A DNA stretch of 64,000 nucleotides, taken from positions 2,158 through 66,157 of the forward strand of contig DASQBG010000065.1 in the NCBI GenBank assembly GCA_035635335.1, written 5' to 3'. The number at the start of each line of letters is the position of its first letter. Positions within the stretch are counted from its first letter, which is position 1. Source of the DNA: Myxococcales bacterium (lineage in GTDB: Bacteria; Myxococcota; Myxococcia; Myxococcales; 40CM-4-68-19). Under the pieces are notes generated by a model. The model saw nothing but the letters and a program-made list of their open reading frames with translations. It was not told the DNA's origin and did not search any database. Below are positions 9,501-17,166 of the stretch, piece by piece. The translations under genes and the position numbers were made by a program.

Positions 9501-10226
9501 CGCCACCTTCAGCAGCACGGCGTTGTCTCCGGCGCGCAGCTCGACGGCGAAGGCGGCCTGGTCCCAGCGCGAGGGATGCACGGCCGGGTCCTCACGCACC
9601 AGCCTTCCATTCACCCAGAGCCGGGTAGCGCCGCTCGCGCCGAGGTGCAGCAGCGCGGTCCGGGCGCGCGGCGAGCGCAGCACGGTCGCGGCGTACACGG
9701 CCGAGTCTTGCGCCGGCCACACCGCCGAAGAGAGGTCCACGTACCCGAGCGGGAACAGCTGCGGAGGGAGCGTCCTCCAGGAGACGTCGTGGTCCTTCCC
9801 CGGATATTTCGCCGCCGGGTCGTAACCGTCGGTCTCGGGGCCGTAGACGGTGCGCAGCCCCCTGCGTCCGTCGTTGTCGAACGGACCGATCACCGCCCAG
9901 GTGCGCACCGGCGCGGCGCGCTCGACGATCGACTTCGCCTGGGGAAGCTGGCCCTGGGCCACGGCGAGCTGGGCGCGCAGCTCGAGCGCCGCCGCCCGGA
10001 GGTCGGTCCGCGCCTTGCGGTCGGAAGCGATCCGGTCGAACAGGCGTGCGAGCGCCGGCAGGTCGGCCACCTCGTCGCGCAGCTCGTACAGGCGGTACAG
10101 GTCGGGGAGCGCTCGCGCCGACCCCAGCTCGCCCGCGAGCCGGGCGGAGAGCGCCCGTTCGTCGCCGGTGGCCGCCGTGGCGGCGAGGGGCAAGAGCAGC
10201 GCAAGTACGACGAGTCGGCTCGGCAT
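6552..10226 (-). CDS. giant secreted protein: TPR-like repeats + beta module + DUF3857-like + intact transglutaminase-like cysteine protease core
   Basis: ORF 6552..10226. Signal peptide MPSRLVVLALLLPLAATAA. WAVIGPF beta module. Long Ala/Leu/Arg TPR-like region. Core motifs are FGDCKDKASL (Cys codon 7503-7505), FDHAILYV (His codon 7374-7376) and LDGT. Confidence 0.85.
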   Translation of the reverse strand: MPSRLVVLALLLPLAATAATGDERALSARLAGELGSARALPDLYRLYELRDEVADLPALARLFDRIASDRKARTDLRAAALELRAQLAVAQGQLPQAKSIVERAAPVRTWAVIGPFDNDGRRGLRTVYGPETDGYDPAAKYPGKDHDVSWRTLPPQLFPLGYVDLSSAVWPAQDSAVYAATVLRSPRARTALLHLGASGATRLWVNGRLVREDPAVHPSRWDQAAFAVELRAGDNAVLLKVAHGIGKPGFSLRICDERDEPLPELARSARAPDGKRALAAVQEAPARKLPARVPDALGELREAARLHPEDARAQEDLAVLLAWRRPDDEGERLALHAQERASDAAPGDAQIELRLSRYEDRDGNRRRAALERALARDPQDSAVLDALAAQRIEHADPWGAVRLAEKARAAAPGALQPALTLARALEAVGLTARASLLRLEAARRHPALPAARRAAANAQRRLGRAAESEAELRAALAARFDDGEARGDLAALLLDRGDLDGALRLLGESISLDPASPYTRLRAAELLSQNGRAAEADRAYAELLDLAPDRPDVHEALGRHRLRQRDDAGALAAFTQALALKPQNPALRELMRTVRPEEQYAAPYLYDAAALAKAPTAAGGDDVEILADLSVTRVFANGLSSRTRQLVLRALTQRGVDQSRWQSVQYSPDRQVVRIERARVVRKDGTVVESRSDGDRTVSEPWYAMYYDLRSRVVGFPQLEPGDTLELVQRIDDSGTNFFADYFGDFQYLQGYSRKGIADYVLLGPPGRSFYAAASPLPSLTHQQGKLPDGGTWQRWTARDVPRVVPEPSMPGTSDLLAYVHVSTYKDWESVARFYWGLVKDQLRVTSEVRAAAEEAVRGVRPDDEQARIRGVYDYVVSRTRYVALEFGIHSFKPYPVEIVLTRRFGDCKDKASLMHAMLEALGIDSRLVLLRTRRMGNLSEAPASLAVFDHAILYVPKYELYLDGTAEFHGSGELPPDDRGAEALVIEPDGTGSRIRRTPDARPADNVDDTRARLSLRADGSAILDLTASARGPWTAELRRTFESPDERRARAEEQLARAAFPGVKVTEVEVSDPHDIERPFTARFKADAPAFATLSGGALRFSPFGQQRSYVESYAQLSRRALPQRLPAPQRLTVAAEVELPRGFRAVVPQDASEEALQGSWSIKYAGGEGKVTASLTLELKGGTVAPQEYAAFRSFLGRLDRALLRKVEAAPPAQTAANEGR

Positions 10227-10329
10227 CGGGCTCCTGGAGAGGGGTCAGAGCCGCAACGGCCCGGCTCCCCGGAGCATTCCTTAGCGTGCCGCCGGACCGC
10301 CCGCTAGCCGGCCGGGCGGCCCAGCGCCT

Positions 10330-11055
10330 CTATGCCGCACGCGCAAGCGTCCGCACTTCCACGCGGATGGCGCCGGCCAGGAGCAGCGCGCGCGTCGCTT
10401 CCGCCGCCGTCGCGCCCGTCGTGAGCACGTCGTCGATCAGGCAGACGCGAACGCCCGCGGAGCCGCGCAGTGCGCCGAACGCGGCGCGCACGTTGCGGTC
10501 GCGGCCCGTCCGATCGAGGCCGACCTGCTGCCGGGTGGGGCGCACCCGCACCAGCAGGGGCCGCATGGGCAAACCGAACCGCCGCCCCGCCTCGCGCGCG
10601 AGCAGCGCCGCCTGGTCGTAGCCGCGCTCGCGCAGGCGGGCCGCGTGCAGCGGGATCGGCGCCACCACGTCGGCCCGCGGCGGATCGCATCCGGCGAAGA
10701 GGGCGCCCAGCGGGCGCGCCAGCTCCTCGCGGCCTTCGTACTTGAGGCGGTGGATGGCCTCCGAAAGCGCCCCGCCGTGCAGGAACGGCGCCTGCGCCCG
10801 GGCATACGGAGGCGGGTCCTTGCGGCACCGGGCGCAGCGCCGCGGCCGCAGCGCGGGCAGGAGGGCCTCGTCCCCGGGCTCGCCGCAGAGCGGGCACCCC
10901 GCGGGCACCGGGAGGAGCGTCTCCGAGCACGGGGCGCAGAACGGGCCCTCGCAGAGCGCCTCGCACGCGCCGCAGCGGTCCGGGAACAGGAGGGCCGGGA
11001 TCGCCTCCAGCAAATCGCGCAAACCCGCTCTGGACATGGCCAGGAGCGCTTGCAC
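10330..11055 (-). CDS. comF: ComF family phosphoribosyltransferase-domain protein
   Basis: ORF 10330..11055. N-terminal Cys-rich zinc-finger region (CGAC...CAPC...CPLCG...CARC). C-terminal PRTase motif VCLIDDVLTTGATA. The start could also be the ATG at 11037. Confidence 0.8.
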   Translation of the reverse strand: MQALLAMSRAGLRDLLEAIPALLFPDRCGACEALCEGPFCAPCSETLLPVPAGCPLCGEPGDEALLPALRPRRCARCRKDPPPYARAQAPFLHGGALSEAIHRLKYEGREELARPLGALFAGCDPPRADVVAPIPLHAARLRERGYDQAALLAREAGRRFGLPMRPLLVRVRPTRQQVGLDRTGRDRNVRAAFGALRGSAGVRVCLIDDVLTTGATAAEATRALLLAGAIRVEVRTLARAA

Positions 11056-11080
11056 GCTCCAGGCCAGCCGCCGAGCGCCT

Positions 11081-11473
11081 TCAAGCGCCGAGCGCGAGCC
11101 GGGGGATGAGGTGGCGGGGAAACGCCGGCAACTCGCCCGATTGCCAACGCCGTGCTTCGGCCAGGGTGCGCTCCACCTCCGGACGGAACCGGGCCAGGGC
11201 GACTCCGAGGAGCTCCGGAGGCAACGGATCCAGCTTGTCGAGACCGCTGCGCAAGAGCTTCACGCAGCCGTTCGGCTGCAGCTGCACCGTGGCCTTGTGA
11301 TACCCGGCCGCCACCTGGATGAGCCCCTGCAGGAACAGGCGCACCTCGCCCTCCTCCTCGAGCCAGGCTTCCTCCCAGGCCTCGTGCGCTTCCCAGAACC
11401 GCCCGTCGTCGAACAGCGCGGCCCCGCGGCGCAGGGCGCCGGGGGTCGACGGCAGCGGAGTGGGGTCAGGCAC
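11081..11473 (-). CDS. DUF309 domain protein
   Basis: C-terminal part of ORF 11081..12226, with a GTG start at 11473. Motif FDDGRFWEAHEAWEEAWL...GLIQVAAGYHK is typical of DUF309. Confidence 0.75.
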   Translation of the reverse strand: MPDPTPLPSTPGALRRGAALFDDGRFWEAHEAWEEAWLEEEGEVRLFLQGLIQVAAGYHKATVQLQPNGCVKLLRSGLDKLDPLPPELLGVALARFRPEVERTLAEARRWQSGELPAFPRHLIPRLALGA

Positions 11474-11496
11474 TCGAGTCCTCCAGCGGGGGCGGT

Positions 11497-13077
11497 TCAG
11501 GTCTGGAGCAGGCTCTTGCCCGTCATCGCGGCGGGCTTGGGCAGCTCCATCATCTGCAACAGGGTGGGCGCGACGTCGGCGAGGATGCCGTCGCGACGCA
11601 GGCGCGCGCCCGTGAGCTGGGGGTCGCAGAGGTAGATGGGCACCGGGTTCAGCGTGTGTGCGGTGAACGGCTCGCCCGTGGCCGGGTCGATCATGGTTTC
11701 GATGTTCCCGTGGTCGGCGGTGACGACCATCGCCATCCCGCATTTCTGCGCCGCGGCCCACAGACGCCCGATGCACTCGTCGATCTTCGCCACCGCCTTC
11801 AGCGCGGCGGGCAGGACGCCGGTGTGGCCCACCATGTCCGGATTCGCATAGTTCACCAGCACGAAGCCGAACTCGTGCATCCGCTTCTCGAGCTGCCGCG
11901 TGACCTCCTCGGCGCTCATCTCGGGCTTCAGGTCGTAGGTCTTCACGTCGCGCGGGCTGGGGACCAGGATGCGCTCCTCGCCCGGGAACACCGTCTCCCG
12001 CCCGCCGTTGAAGAAGAAGGTCACGTGCGCGTACTTCTCCGTCTCGGCACAGCGCAGCTGGCGCGCGCCGGCCCGCGCGACCAGCTCGGGCAGGATGTCG
12101 GTCGGCTGATCGGGCGGGAAGGCGACCGGGATCCCACGCTCGGTGAACTTCGCGTCGTACTCCGTCATCGTCGTGTATGCCGACAGGCGCGGCCGCGCCC
12201 TGCGCACCTCGGAGACCCTCGGCCACTTCTTGTCCCAGCCCGGCGGGTCGTCGAAGGCGAGCAGCTGGGTCATCTGGCGCACCCGGTCGGCGCGGAAGTT
12301 GAAAGAGATGACCGAATCGCCGTCGCGGATCAGCCCCCGTGGCGATCCGTCGGGCTGGACGATCACGGTGGGCTCGATGAACTCGTCGCCCACGTTCTTC
12401 GCGTACGACTGCTTCACCGCTTCCACTGCGGAAGGAGCGCGCAGCCCCTCGCCGAGCACCATCGCGTCGTAGGCGCGCGCGACGCGGTCCCAGCGCTTGT
12501 CGCGGTCCATGGCGTAGTAGCGGCCGGAGACCGTCGCCACCTGTGCATGGAGGCCGTCCGCGCTGGACTTCTGCGCGAGCAGCTTCTCCAGCTCGTCCAG
12601 GTAACGGACGCCCGCGCCGGGGCTCGTGTCGCGCCCGTCGGTGAAGGCGTGCACGAAGAGGCGCTTCACCCCTTCCCGGCGCGCCATCTCCACCAGCGCG
12701 GCGAGGTGCGTATCCTGGCTGTGCACGCCTCCGTCCGAGACCAGCCCGAACACGTGCACCGCGCCGCCGTGGCCCGCGTGCATCGCGCGGCGGAGCACCT
12801 CGTCGTGGAAGAGCTCGCCCGAATCGATCGCCCGGTTGATCCGCACCAGGTCCTGGTAGACGACCCGCCCCGCACCGATGTTGGTGTGCCCGACCTCGCT
12901 GTTCCCCATCTGCCCTTCGGGAAGTCCGACCGCGAGCCCGCTGGTCTGCAGCTGTGAGACGGGGAACCGCTCCGCCAGCCTGTCGAGGTTCGGGGTGCCC
13001 TGCAACAGGATGGCGTTCCCCTCCCGCCGGGCCGAGCTCCCCCAGCCGTCGAGGATGACCAGCAGCACGGGTCGCAT
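11497..13077 (-). CDS. gpmI: 2,3-bisphosphoglycerate-independent phosphoglycerate mutase
   Basis: ORF 11497..13113. The internal ATG at 13077 gives MRPVLLVILDGWG. Also GNSEVGHTNIGAGR and the C-terminal ADHGN motif. Confidence 0.92.
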   Translation of the reverse strand: MRPVLLVILDGWGSSARREGNAILLQGTPNLDRLAERFPVSQLQTSGLAVGLPEGQMGNSEVGHTNIGAGRVVYQDLVRINRAIDSGELFHDEVLRRAMHAGHGGAVHVFGLVSDGGVHSQDTHLAALVEMARREGVKRLFVHAFTDGRDTSPGAGVRYLDELEKLLAQKSSADGLHAQVATVSGRYYAMDRDKRWDRVARAYDAMVLGEGLRAPSAVEAVKQSYAKNVGDEFIEPTVIVQPDGSPRGLIRDGDSVISFNFRADRVRQMTQLLAFDDPPGWDKKWPRVSEVRRARPRLSAYTTMTEYDAKFTERGIPVAFPPDQPTDILPELVARAGARQLRCAETEKYAHVTFFFNGGRETVFPGEERILVPSPRDVKTYDLKPEMSAEEVTRQLEKRMHEFGFVLVNYANPDMVGHTGVLPAALKAVAKIDECIGRLWAAAQKCGMAMVVTADHGNIETMIDPATGEPFTAHTLNPVPIYLCDPQLTGARLRRDGILADVAPTLLQMMELPKPAAMTGKSLLQT

Positions 13078-13131
13078 CCGTCTCCTCCTAGTGCGTCGGT
13101 CCACGGGCCGCAAGCCGCGCGCCGCACGCCG

Positions 13132-13578
13132 TCATTTGTGGTACGGCGCGCCGCGCAGGATCTCGAACGCCCGGTAGAGCTGCTCGAGCGCGACCACCCG
13201 CGCCAGCCGATGGGGGAGGGTGAGGCGCGACAGGCTCCAGGTGAACCGGGCCTCGCGCGCGACCGCCGGGCCCAGGCCCTCGTCGCCCCCCGCGCAGAGG
13301 GTGAGGTCCAGCGCCGAGTCGCGCAAGCGCGCGATGCGCCCCGACAGGTCGACGCTGCTTGTCTGGGTGCCGCGCTCGTCGAGCGCCCACAGCTCGCCGC
13401 GGGGAAGGCGCTTGGCCAGGATCCGCTCCGCCTCGCGGTCTTTCGCGTCGGGCCCGCTCGCCGCCGGGAGCTCGATCAGGTCCAGCGGCACGAACCGCCG
13501 GATGCGCTCCGCGTACTCCTGCGCTCCCTGGGCGGTGAACTCCTTGTCCCGGCCGACGGAGACGAGCCGGATCCGCAC
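13132..13578 (-). CDS. rlmH: 23S rRNA (pseudouridine1915-N3)-methyltransferase RlmH
   Basis: Distal 148 codons of ORF 13132..14022. The GTG at 13578 overlaps the rsfS TAG (TAGTG). SPOUT-type C-terminus LSRLTLPHRLARVVALEQLYRA. Confidence 0.9.
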   Translation of the reverse strand: MRIRLVSVGRDKEFTAQGAQEYAERIRRFVPLDLIELPAASGPDAKDREAERILAKRLPRGELWALDERGTQTSSVDLSGRIARLRDSALDLTLCAGGDEGLGPAVAREARFTWSLSRLTLPHRLARVVALEQLYRAFEILRGAPYHK

Positions 13579-13976
13579 TACGGCCGCAGGACCGGGGCGT
13601 CGGACCAGAGGCCTTCGAGGTCGTAATAGGCGCGCTCCTCCGCATGGAAGACGTGCACCACCACGTCGCCGAAGTCGAGCAGCACCCACCGTCCGCCGCG
13701 CCCGCCTTCCGACCCGATCATCCGCTCTCCCGCTTCGTGCAACGACTTCTCCACCGAGTCGGCCACCGCCTCCAGCTGGCGCTCGCTGGTGCCCGAGCAG
13801 ATGACCAGGAAATCGGCGTAGGTCGCCTTGTCGCGCAGGTCGACCAGCAGCACGTCCTCGGCCTTCTTCTCCAGCGCGGCCTCGGCCGCGCGGCGGGCGG
13901 TGTTCTCGGAGTCGTGTGCGCGCGCGCGGGCGCGCGCGGGATTCATGGCGCTCAGTGCGATCGGGACGTTCTGCAT
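13578..13976 (-). CDS. rsfS: ribosome silencing factor RsfS
   Basis: ORF 13578..14006. DVLLVDLRDKATYADFLVICSGTSERQ and WVLLDFGDVVVHVF motifs. The ATG at 13976 has GGAGG upstream. An alternative GTG at 14006 overlaps the proA stop. Confidence 0.88.
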   Translation of the reverse strand: MQNVPIALSAMNPARARARAHDSENTARRAAEAALEKKAEDVLLVDLRDKATYADFLVICSGTSERQLEAVADSVEKSLHEAGERMIGSEGGRGGRWVLLDFGDVVVHVFHAEERAYYDLEGLWSDAPVLRP

Positions 13977-14002
13977 CCGTTTCCTGCCTCCGCGTGTCGC
14001 GT

Positions 14003-15256
14003 TCACGTACGTACCTGCCCATCGCCCCGCACCACGAATCGGGTGCAGGTCAGCTCGCGCAGCCCCATCGGGCCGTACGCGTGCAGCTTGCTGGTCGAGA
14101 TTCCGATCTCCGCTCCCAGCCCCAGCTCGCCCCCGTCGTTGAAGCGGGTCGAGGCGTTGACCAGAGCGCAGCTCGCGTCGACTTCCCTCACGAACCTCTC
14201 GGCGAGCTGCTCATCGCGCGTGCAGATTGCCTCGGTATGGCGCGAACCGTAACGCGCGATGTGCCCCAGCGCACCCTCGACGCCGTCCACCACCGCCACC
14301 GCCAGCCTGAGGTCGAGGAACTCCCGCCCGAAGTCGTCGGGCGCGGCTGCACGGGCGCCCGGCAGGGAGGGAAGCGCCCGCGCATCGGCGAGCAGCTCGA
14401 CGCCGGCCGCCTGCAGGGCCCGGCCCAGCCGCGGGAGGGCCTGCGCGGCGACCCGGGCGTCGACCAGCAAGCACTCCAGAGCGTTGCACACCCCGGGCCG
14501 CTGCGCTTTGGCATTCACCGCGATGCTCTCCGCCTGCTCGAGGTCCGCGTCGGCCGCGACGTAGAGGTGGCAGACGCCTTGATAATGCTTCACCACCGGA
14601 ATGCGCGACCGCTCCGCGACGAATCGGATGAGCGAGATCCCGCCCCGCGGGATGCACAGGTCGATCCGGTCCTCTTGCTGCAAGAGAGTATCGAGCAGCA
14701 CTCGGTCGGGCGGCACCAGCTGCACCGCGTCCTCGGGCAGGCCGGCCTTCTCCAGAGCGCGCTGGAAGGCCTCCACCAGGACCGAGTTGCTCTGCAGCGC
14801 TTCCGATCCGCCGCGCAGCAGCGCCGCGTTGCCGCTGCGCAGGCAGAGTGCGGCAGCGTCGGCCGTGACCCCGGGGCGCGATTCGTAGATCAGCAGCACC
14901 ACGCCCAGGGGGGCCCGCACCCGCTCGACGCGCAGGCCGTTCGGCCGCGTGGTCCGCTCCACCACCTCGCCGACCGGATCGGGCAGCGCAGCGACCTCGC
15001 GCACCGCCCGGGCCAGATCCGACAGCCGCCCGGCGTCGAGGCTCAGCCGGTCCAGGAACGCCGCGTTCTCGCCGGTCGCCCTGCGCAGGTCGGCCGCGTT
15101 CGCCGCCTCCATCGCGGTCGCCACGCGCGGCGAGCCCAACTCGGCCGCGAAGAGCTGCAGCGCCCGCGCCCGCTGCTCGGAGGAGCCGCGCATGAGCTCG
15201 CGAGAGGCGCTGCGCGCGCGCTCGGCCAGCTCCACCGCCAGAAGCTCCCGCTCCAC
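14003..15256 (-). CDS. proA: gamma-glutamyl phosphate reductase
   Basis: Distal about 418 codons of ORF 14003..15565. The start is the GTG at 15256 or the TTG at 15262, next to the proB stop. Aldehyde dehydrogenase-type ProA sequence ([32 protein letters not shown]). Confidence 0.92.
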   Translation of the reverse strand: MERELLAVELAERARSASRELMRGSSEQRARALQLFAAELGSPRVATAMEAANAADLRRATGENAAFLDRLSLDAGRLSDLARAVREVAALPDPVGEVVERTTRPNGLRVERVRAPLGVVLLIYESRPGVTADAAALCLRSGNAALLRGGSEALQSNSVLVEAFQRALEKAGLPEDAVQLVPPDRVLLDTLLQQEDRIDLCIPRGGISLIRFVAERSRIPVVKHYQGVCHLYVAADADLEQAESIAVNAKAQRPGVCNALECLLVDARVAAQALPRLGRALQAAGVELLADARALPSLPGARAAAPDDFGREFLDLRLAVAVVDGVEGALGHIARYGSRHTEAICTRDEQLAERFVREVDASCALVNASTRFNDGGELGLGAEIGISTSKLHAYGPMGLRELTCTRFVVRGDGQVRT

Positions 15257-15258
15257 GC

Positions 15259-16404
15259 TCAAGCGGTCACCACCAGGTCGTCGCGGTGGACGACGCAGTC
15301 GAGGAGCCGGTAGCCGAGCCGCGCCTCGATCTCGGCGCTGCGCAGCCCCGCGATCCGGCGCACCTCGTCGGCGGCGTACACCGCCAGGCCGCGCGCGAAC
15401 GGCCGTCCGTCGAGAGAGACGATCTCGACGGGATCCCCTTGTGCGAAGCTGCCGCGCACCTCGCGCACTCCGGAAGGCAGCAAGCTCTTCTTGCCCTCGA
15501 GCACCGCGGTCCGCGCGCCGTCGTCGACCCGCAGCTCGCCGCGCGTCTTGAGATCCAGCATCCACCGCTGCCGCAGCCGCAGCCGCTCTCCCTGGGGAAG
15601 GACCAGCGTGCCCACGTCCTCGCCGAGGAGCAGTCGCTGGAGCGCCCGCGGCTCGCCGGGGATGATGGCGCAGGGGACGCCCGCCTCGGTGGCCCGACGC
15701 GCGGCGCGCAGCTTGGTGACCATCCCTCCGGTGCCCACCTCAGAGGCGGCGTCGCCCGCCAGCGCTTCCACCGCCGGGGTGATGCGATCGATCACGGAGA
15801 TCCGCTGTGCGTCCAGGTGCTTGCGCGGGTCCGCCGAGCAGACGCCCACCGCGTCGGTGAGGATGACCAACAGGTCCGCCTCGACCAGGTCGACGACCAT
15901 GGCGGCGAGCGCGTCATTGTCGCCGAACTTGATCTCCTCGACGGAGACGGTGTCGTTCTCATTGATGACCGGCACCACGCCGCGCTCGACCAGCGCGCCG
16001 AGCGCCCGGCGCGCGTTCAGGTAGCGGCCGCGGTGCGCGATGTCCGCATGGGTGAGCAGCACCTGCGCGCAGGTGAGGCCGCGCGCCTCGAAGGCGTCGT
16101 CGTACAGCCGCATCAGCCGGCTCTGGCCGGCCGCCGCCGCCGCCTGCTTGAGCGCCATCTCGCGGGGGCGCGAAGGGAGCCGCAGGCGCTCGACTCCGAG
16201 GACGACCGCGCCGCTCGACACCAGGACGGGCAAGCGCGCACCTCCGCCCGCCACCGCGGCGACGTCGTCGCAAAGTGCCGAGAATCGCTCGCGATCCAGC
16301 GTCGGGGCGCCCGCCTGCCCGCCCCTTCCCGCCAACACCGCGGAGCCGATCTTGATCACCGGCCGCCGGGTCTGGGCGAGTTGGGTTCGGGGGCTCTGCG
16401 TCAT
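15259..16404 (-). CDS. proB: glutamate 5-kinase
   Basis: Distal 381 codons of ORF 15259..16875, with the ATG at 16404. [25 protein letters not shown] and a C-terminal PUA-like domain. Confidence 0.92.
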   Translation of the reverse strand: MTQSPRTQLAQTRRPVIKIGSAVLAGRGGQAGAPTLDRERFSALCDDVAAVAGGGARLPVLVSSGAVVLGVERLRLPSRPREMALKQAAAAAGQSRLMRLYDDAFEARGLTCAQVLLTHADIAHRGRYLNARRALGALVERGVVPVINENDTVSVEEIKFGDNDALAAMVVDLVEADLLVILTDAVGVCSADPRKHLDAQRISVIDRITPAVEALAGDAASEVGTGGMVTKLRAARRATEAGVPCAIIPGEPRALQRLLLGEDVGTLVLPQGERLRLRQRWMLDLKTRGELRVDDGARTAVLEGKKSLLPSGVREVRGSFAQGDPVEIVSLDGRPFARGLAVYAADEVRRIAGLRSAEIEARLGYRLLDCVVHRDDLVVTA

Positions 16405-16465
16405 CGCGAGCGCATCTGCGCACCCATACGATAGCAAAGCTCCCGGCTCGGTGCAGACTCGCGGC

Positions 16466-16795
16466 CTACTCCGCGCGCAGGCAGACCGCCTCGACACTGT
16501 GGCCGCCGGGGTCGAGGACGAAAGCCGCGTAGTACGTCTCGCCGTAGCTCGGCCTGGGGCCCGGTTTTCCGTTGTCTTTACCGCTAGCCGCGAGCGCCGC
16601 CGCGTGGAACCGCTGGACGGATGCGCGATCGTTGGCCTGGAAGGCCAGGTGGAGCGCGCCCCCGGTCCGGCCGGCCCCGAGCCATGGCTGCGGTGCCCGC
16701 CGGGCGGCCGGTTGCCACGCCGCGCCCACCCGAGCAGGATGCCGGCGGATGACGGTGGCCGTGCGGCGGACGAGATGCGCTCCGGGCATCTGCAT
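16466..16795 (-). CDS. VOC (glyoxalase/bleomycin-resistance fold) family protein; N-terminal half atypical, possibly decayed
   Basis: ORF 16466..16942. The C-terminal about 70 aa (LHLAFQANDRASVQRFHAAALAASGKDNGKPGPRPSYGETYYAAFVLDPGGHSVEAVC) is typical of small VOC proteins. The Arg-rich N-terminal part does not show the usual beta-alpha-beta pattern. The start is uncertain. Confidence 0.5.
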   Translation of the reverse strand: MQMPGAHLVRRTATVIRRHPARVGAAWQPAARRAPQPWLGAGRTGGALHLAFQANDRASVQRFHAAALAASGKDNGKPGPRPSYGETYYAAFVLDPGGHSVEAVCLRAE

Positions 16796-17100
16796 GACGG
16801 AGGTGCTCTGCAGGGCGAGGCCGGGGACGCGCCGTTCGAGGAGTGGCACGGCGACGCCTCCGTCGCATTCGTCACCCAGGGCGGGTTCGGCTACCGGTGC
16901 AGCGCCGGGTCCGCTGCGCTCGGCCCGGGGGCCGTCCTGCACGCACGCCGCTCCCGGCGGCGATCGATGCCTCTCGTTCGGTTACTCCGCCGAAGTGGTG
17001 GAGGAGGTCGCCGCCTCGGCGGGCAGCACCGGGCGGTTCCGGCGCGCGGTCCTTCCCGCCGCGCCGGCGCTCGCGGCGCAGGACCCTTTCGCCTGCCTCG
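16775..17100 (+). pseudogene. remnant of the N-terminal (non-HTH) domain of an AraC-family regulator, frameshifted and 3'-truncated
   Basis: Two + frames carry consecutive pieces of a conserved AraC-type N-terminal module. One frame has GDAPFEEWHGDASVAFVTQGGFGYRCSAGSAALGPGAVL. After a frame change near 16940-16955 the other has GGDRCLSFGYSAEVVEEV...RFRRAVLPAAPAL. No HTH domain follows. Confidence 0.4.
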
Positions 17101-17166
17101 GTAGCGTGCACATGGTAAGACCCACGGCGCGGCCACCGCGCCGCGGGAGCAGGTACGCGCGACGAT

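Noticed and set aside
2494-10307. Very long alternative-frame or antisense ORFs overlapping the two giant genes (for example 2494..6078 +, 7479..10307 +, and the 5' 1290 nt of ORF 2662..7842).
   Set aside because: Their translations are Arg/Gly/Ala/Pro-rich low-complexity strings with no motifs, as expected for stop-codon-poor off-frames in about 73% GC DNA. The real frames show signal peptides, balanced composition and recognisable domains. The same reasoning was applied to 16891..18948 -, 24174..25796 -, 25253..27544 +, 29803..33045 +, 43530..45989 -, 46002..48041 +, 55734..57452 -, 57501..59378 - (5' part) and similar ORFs.
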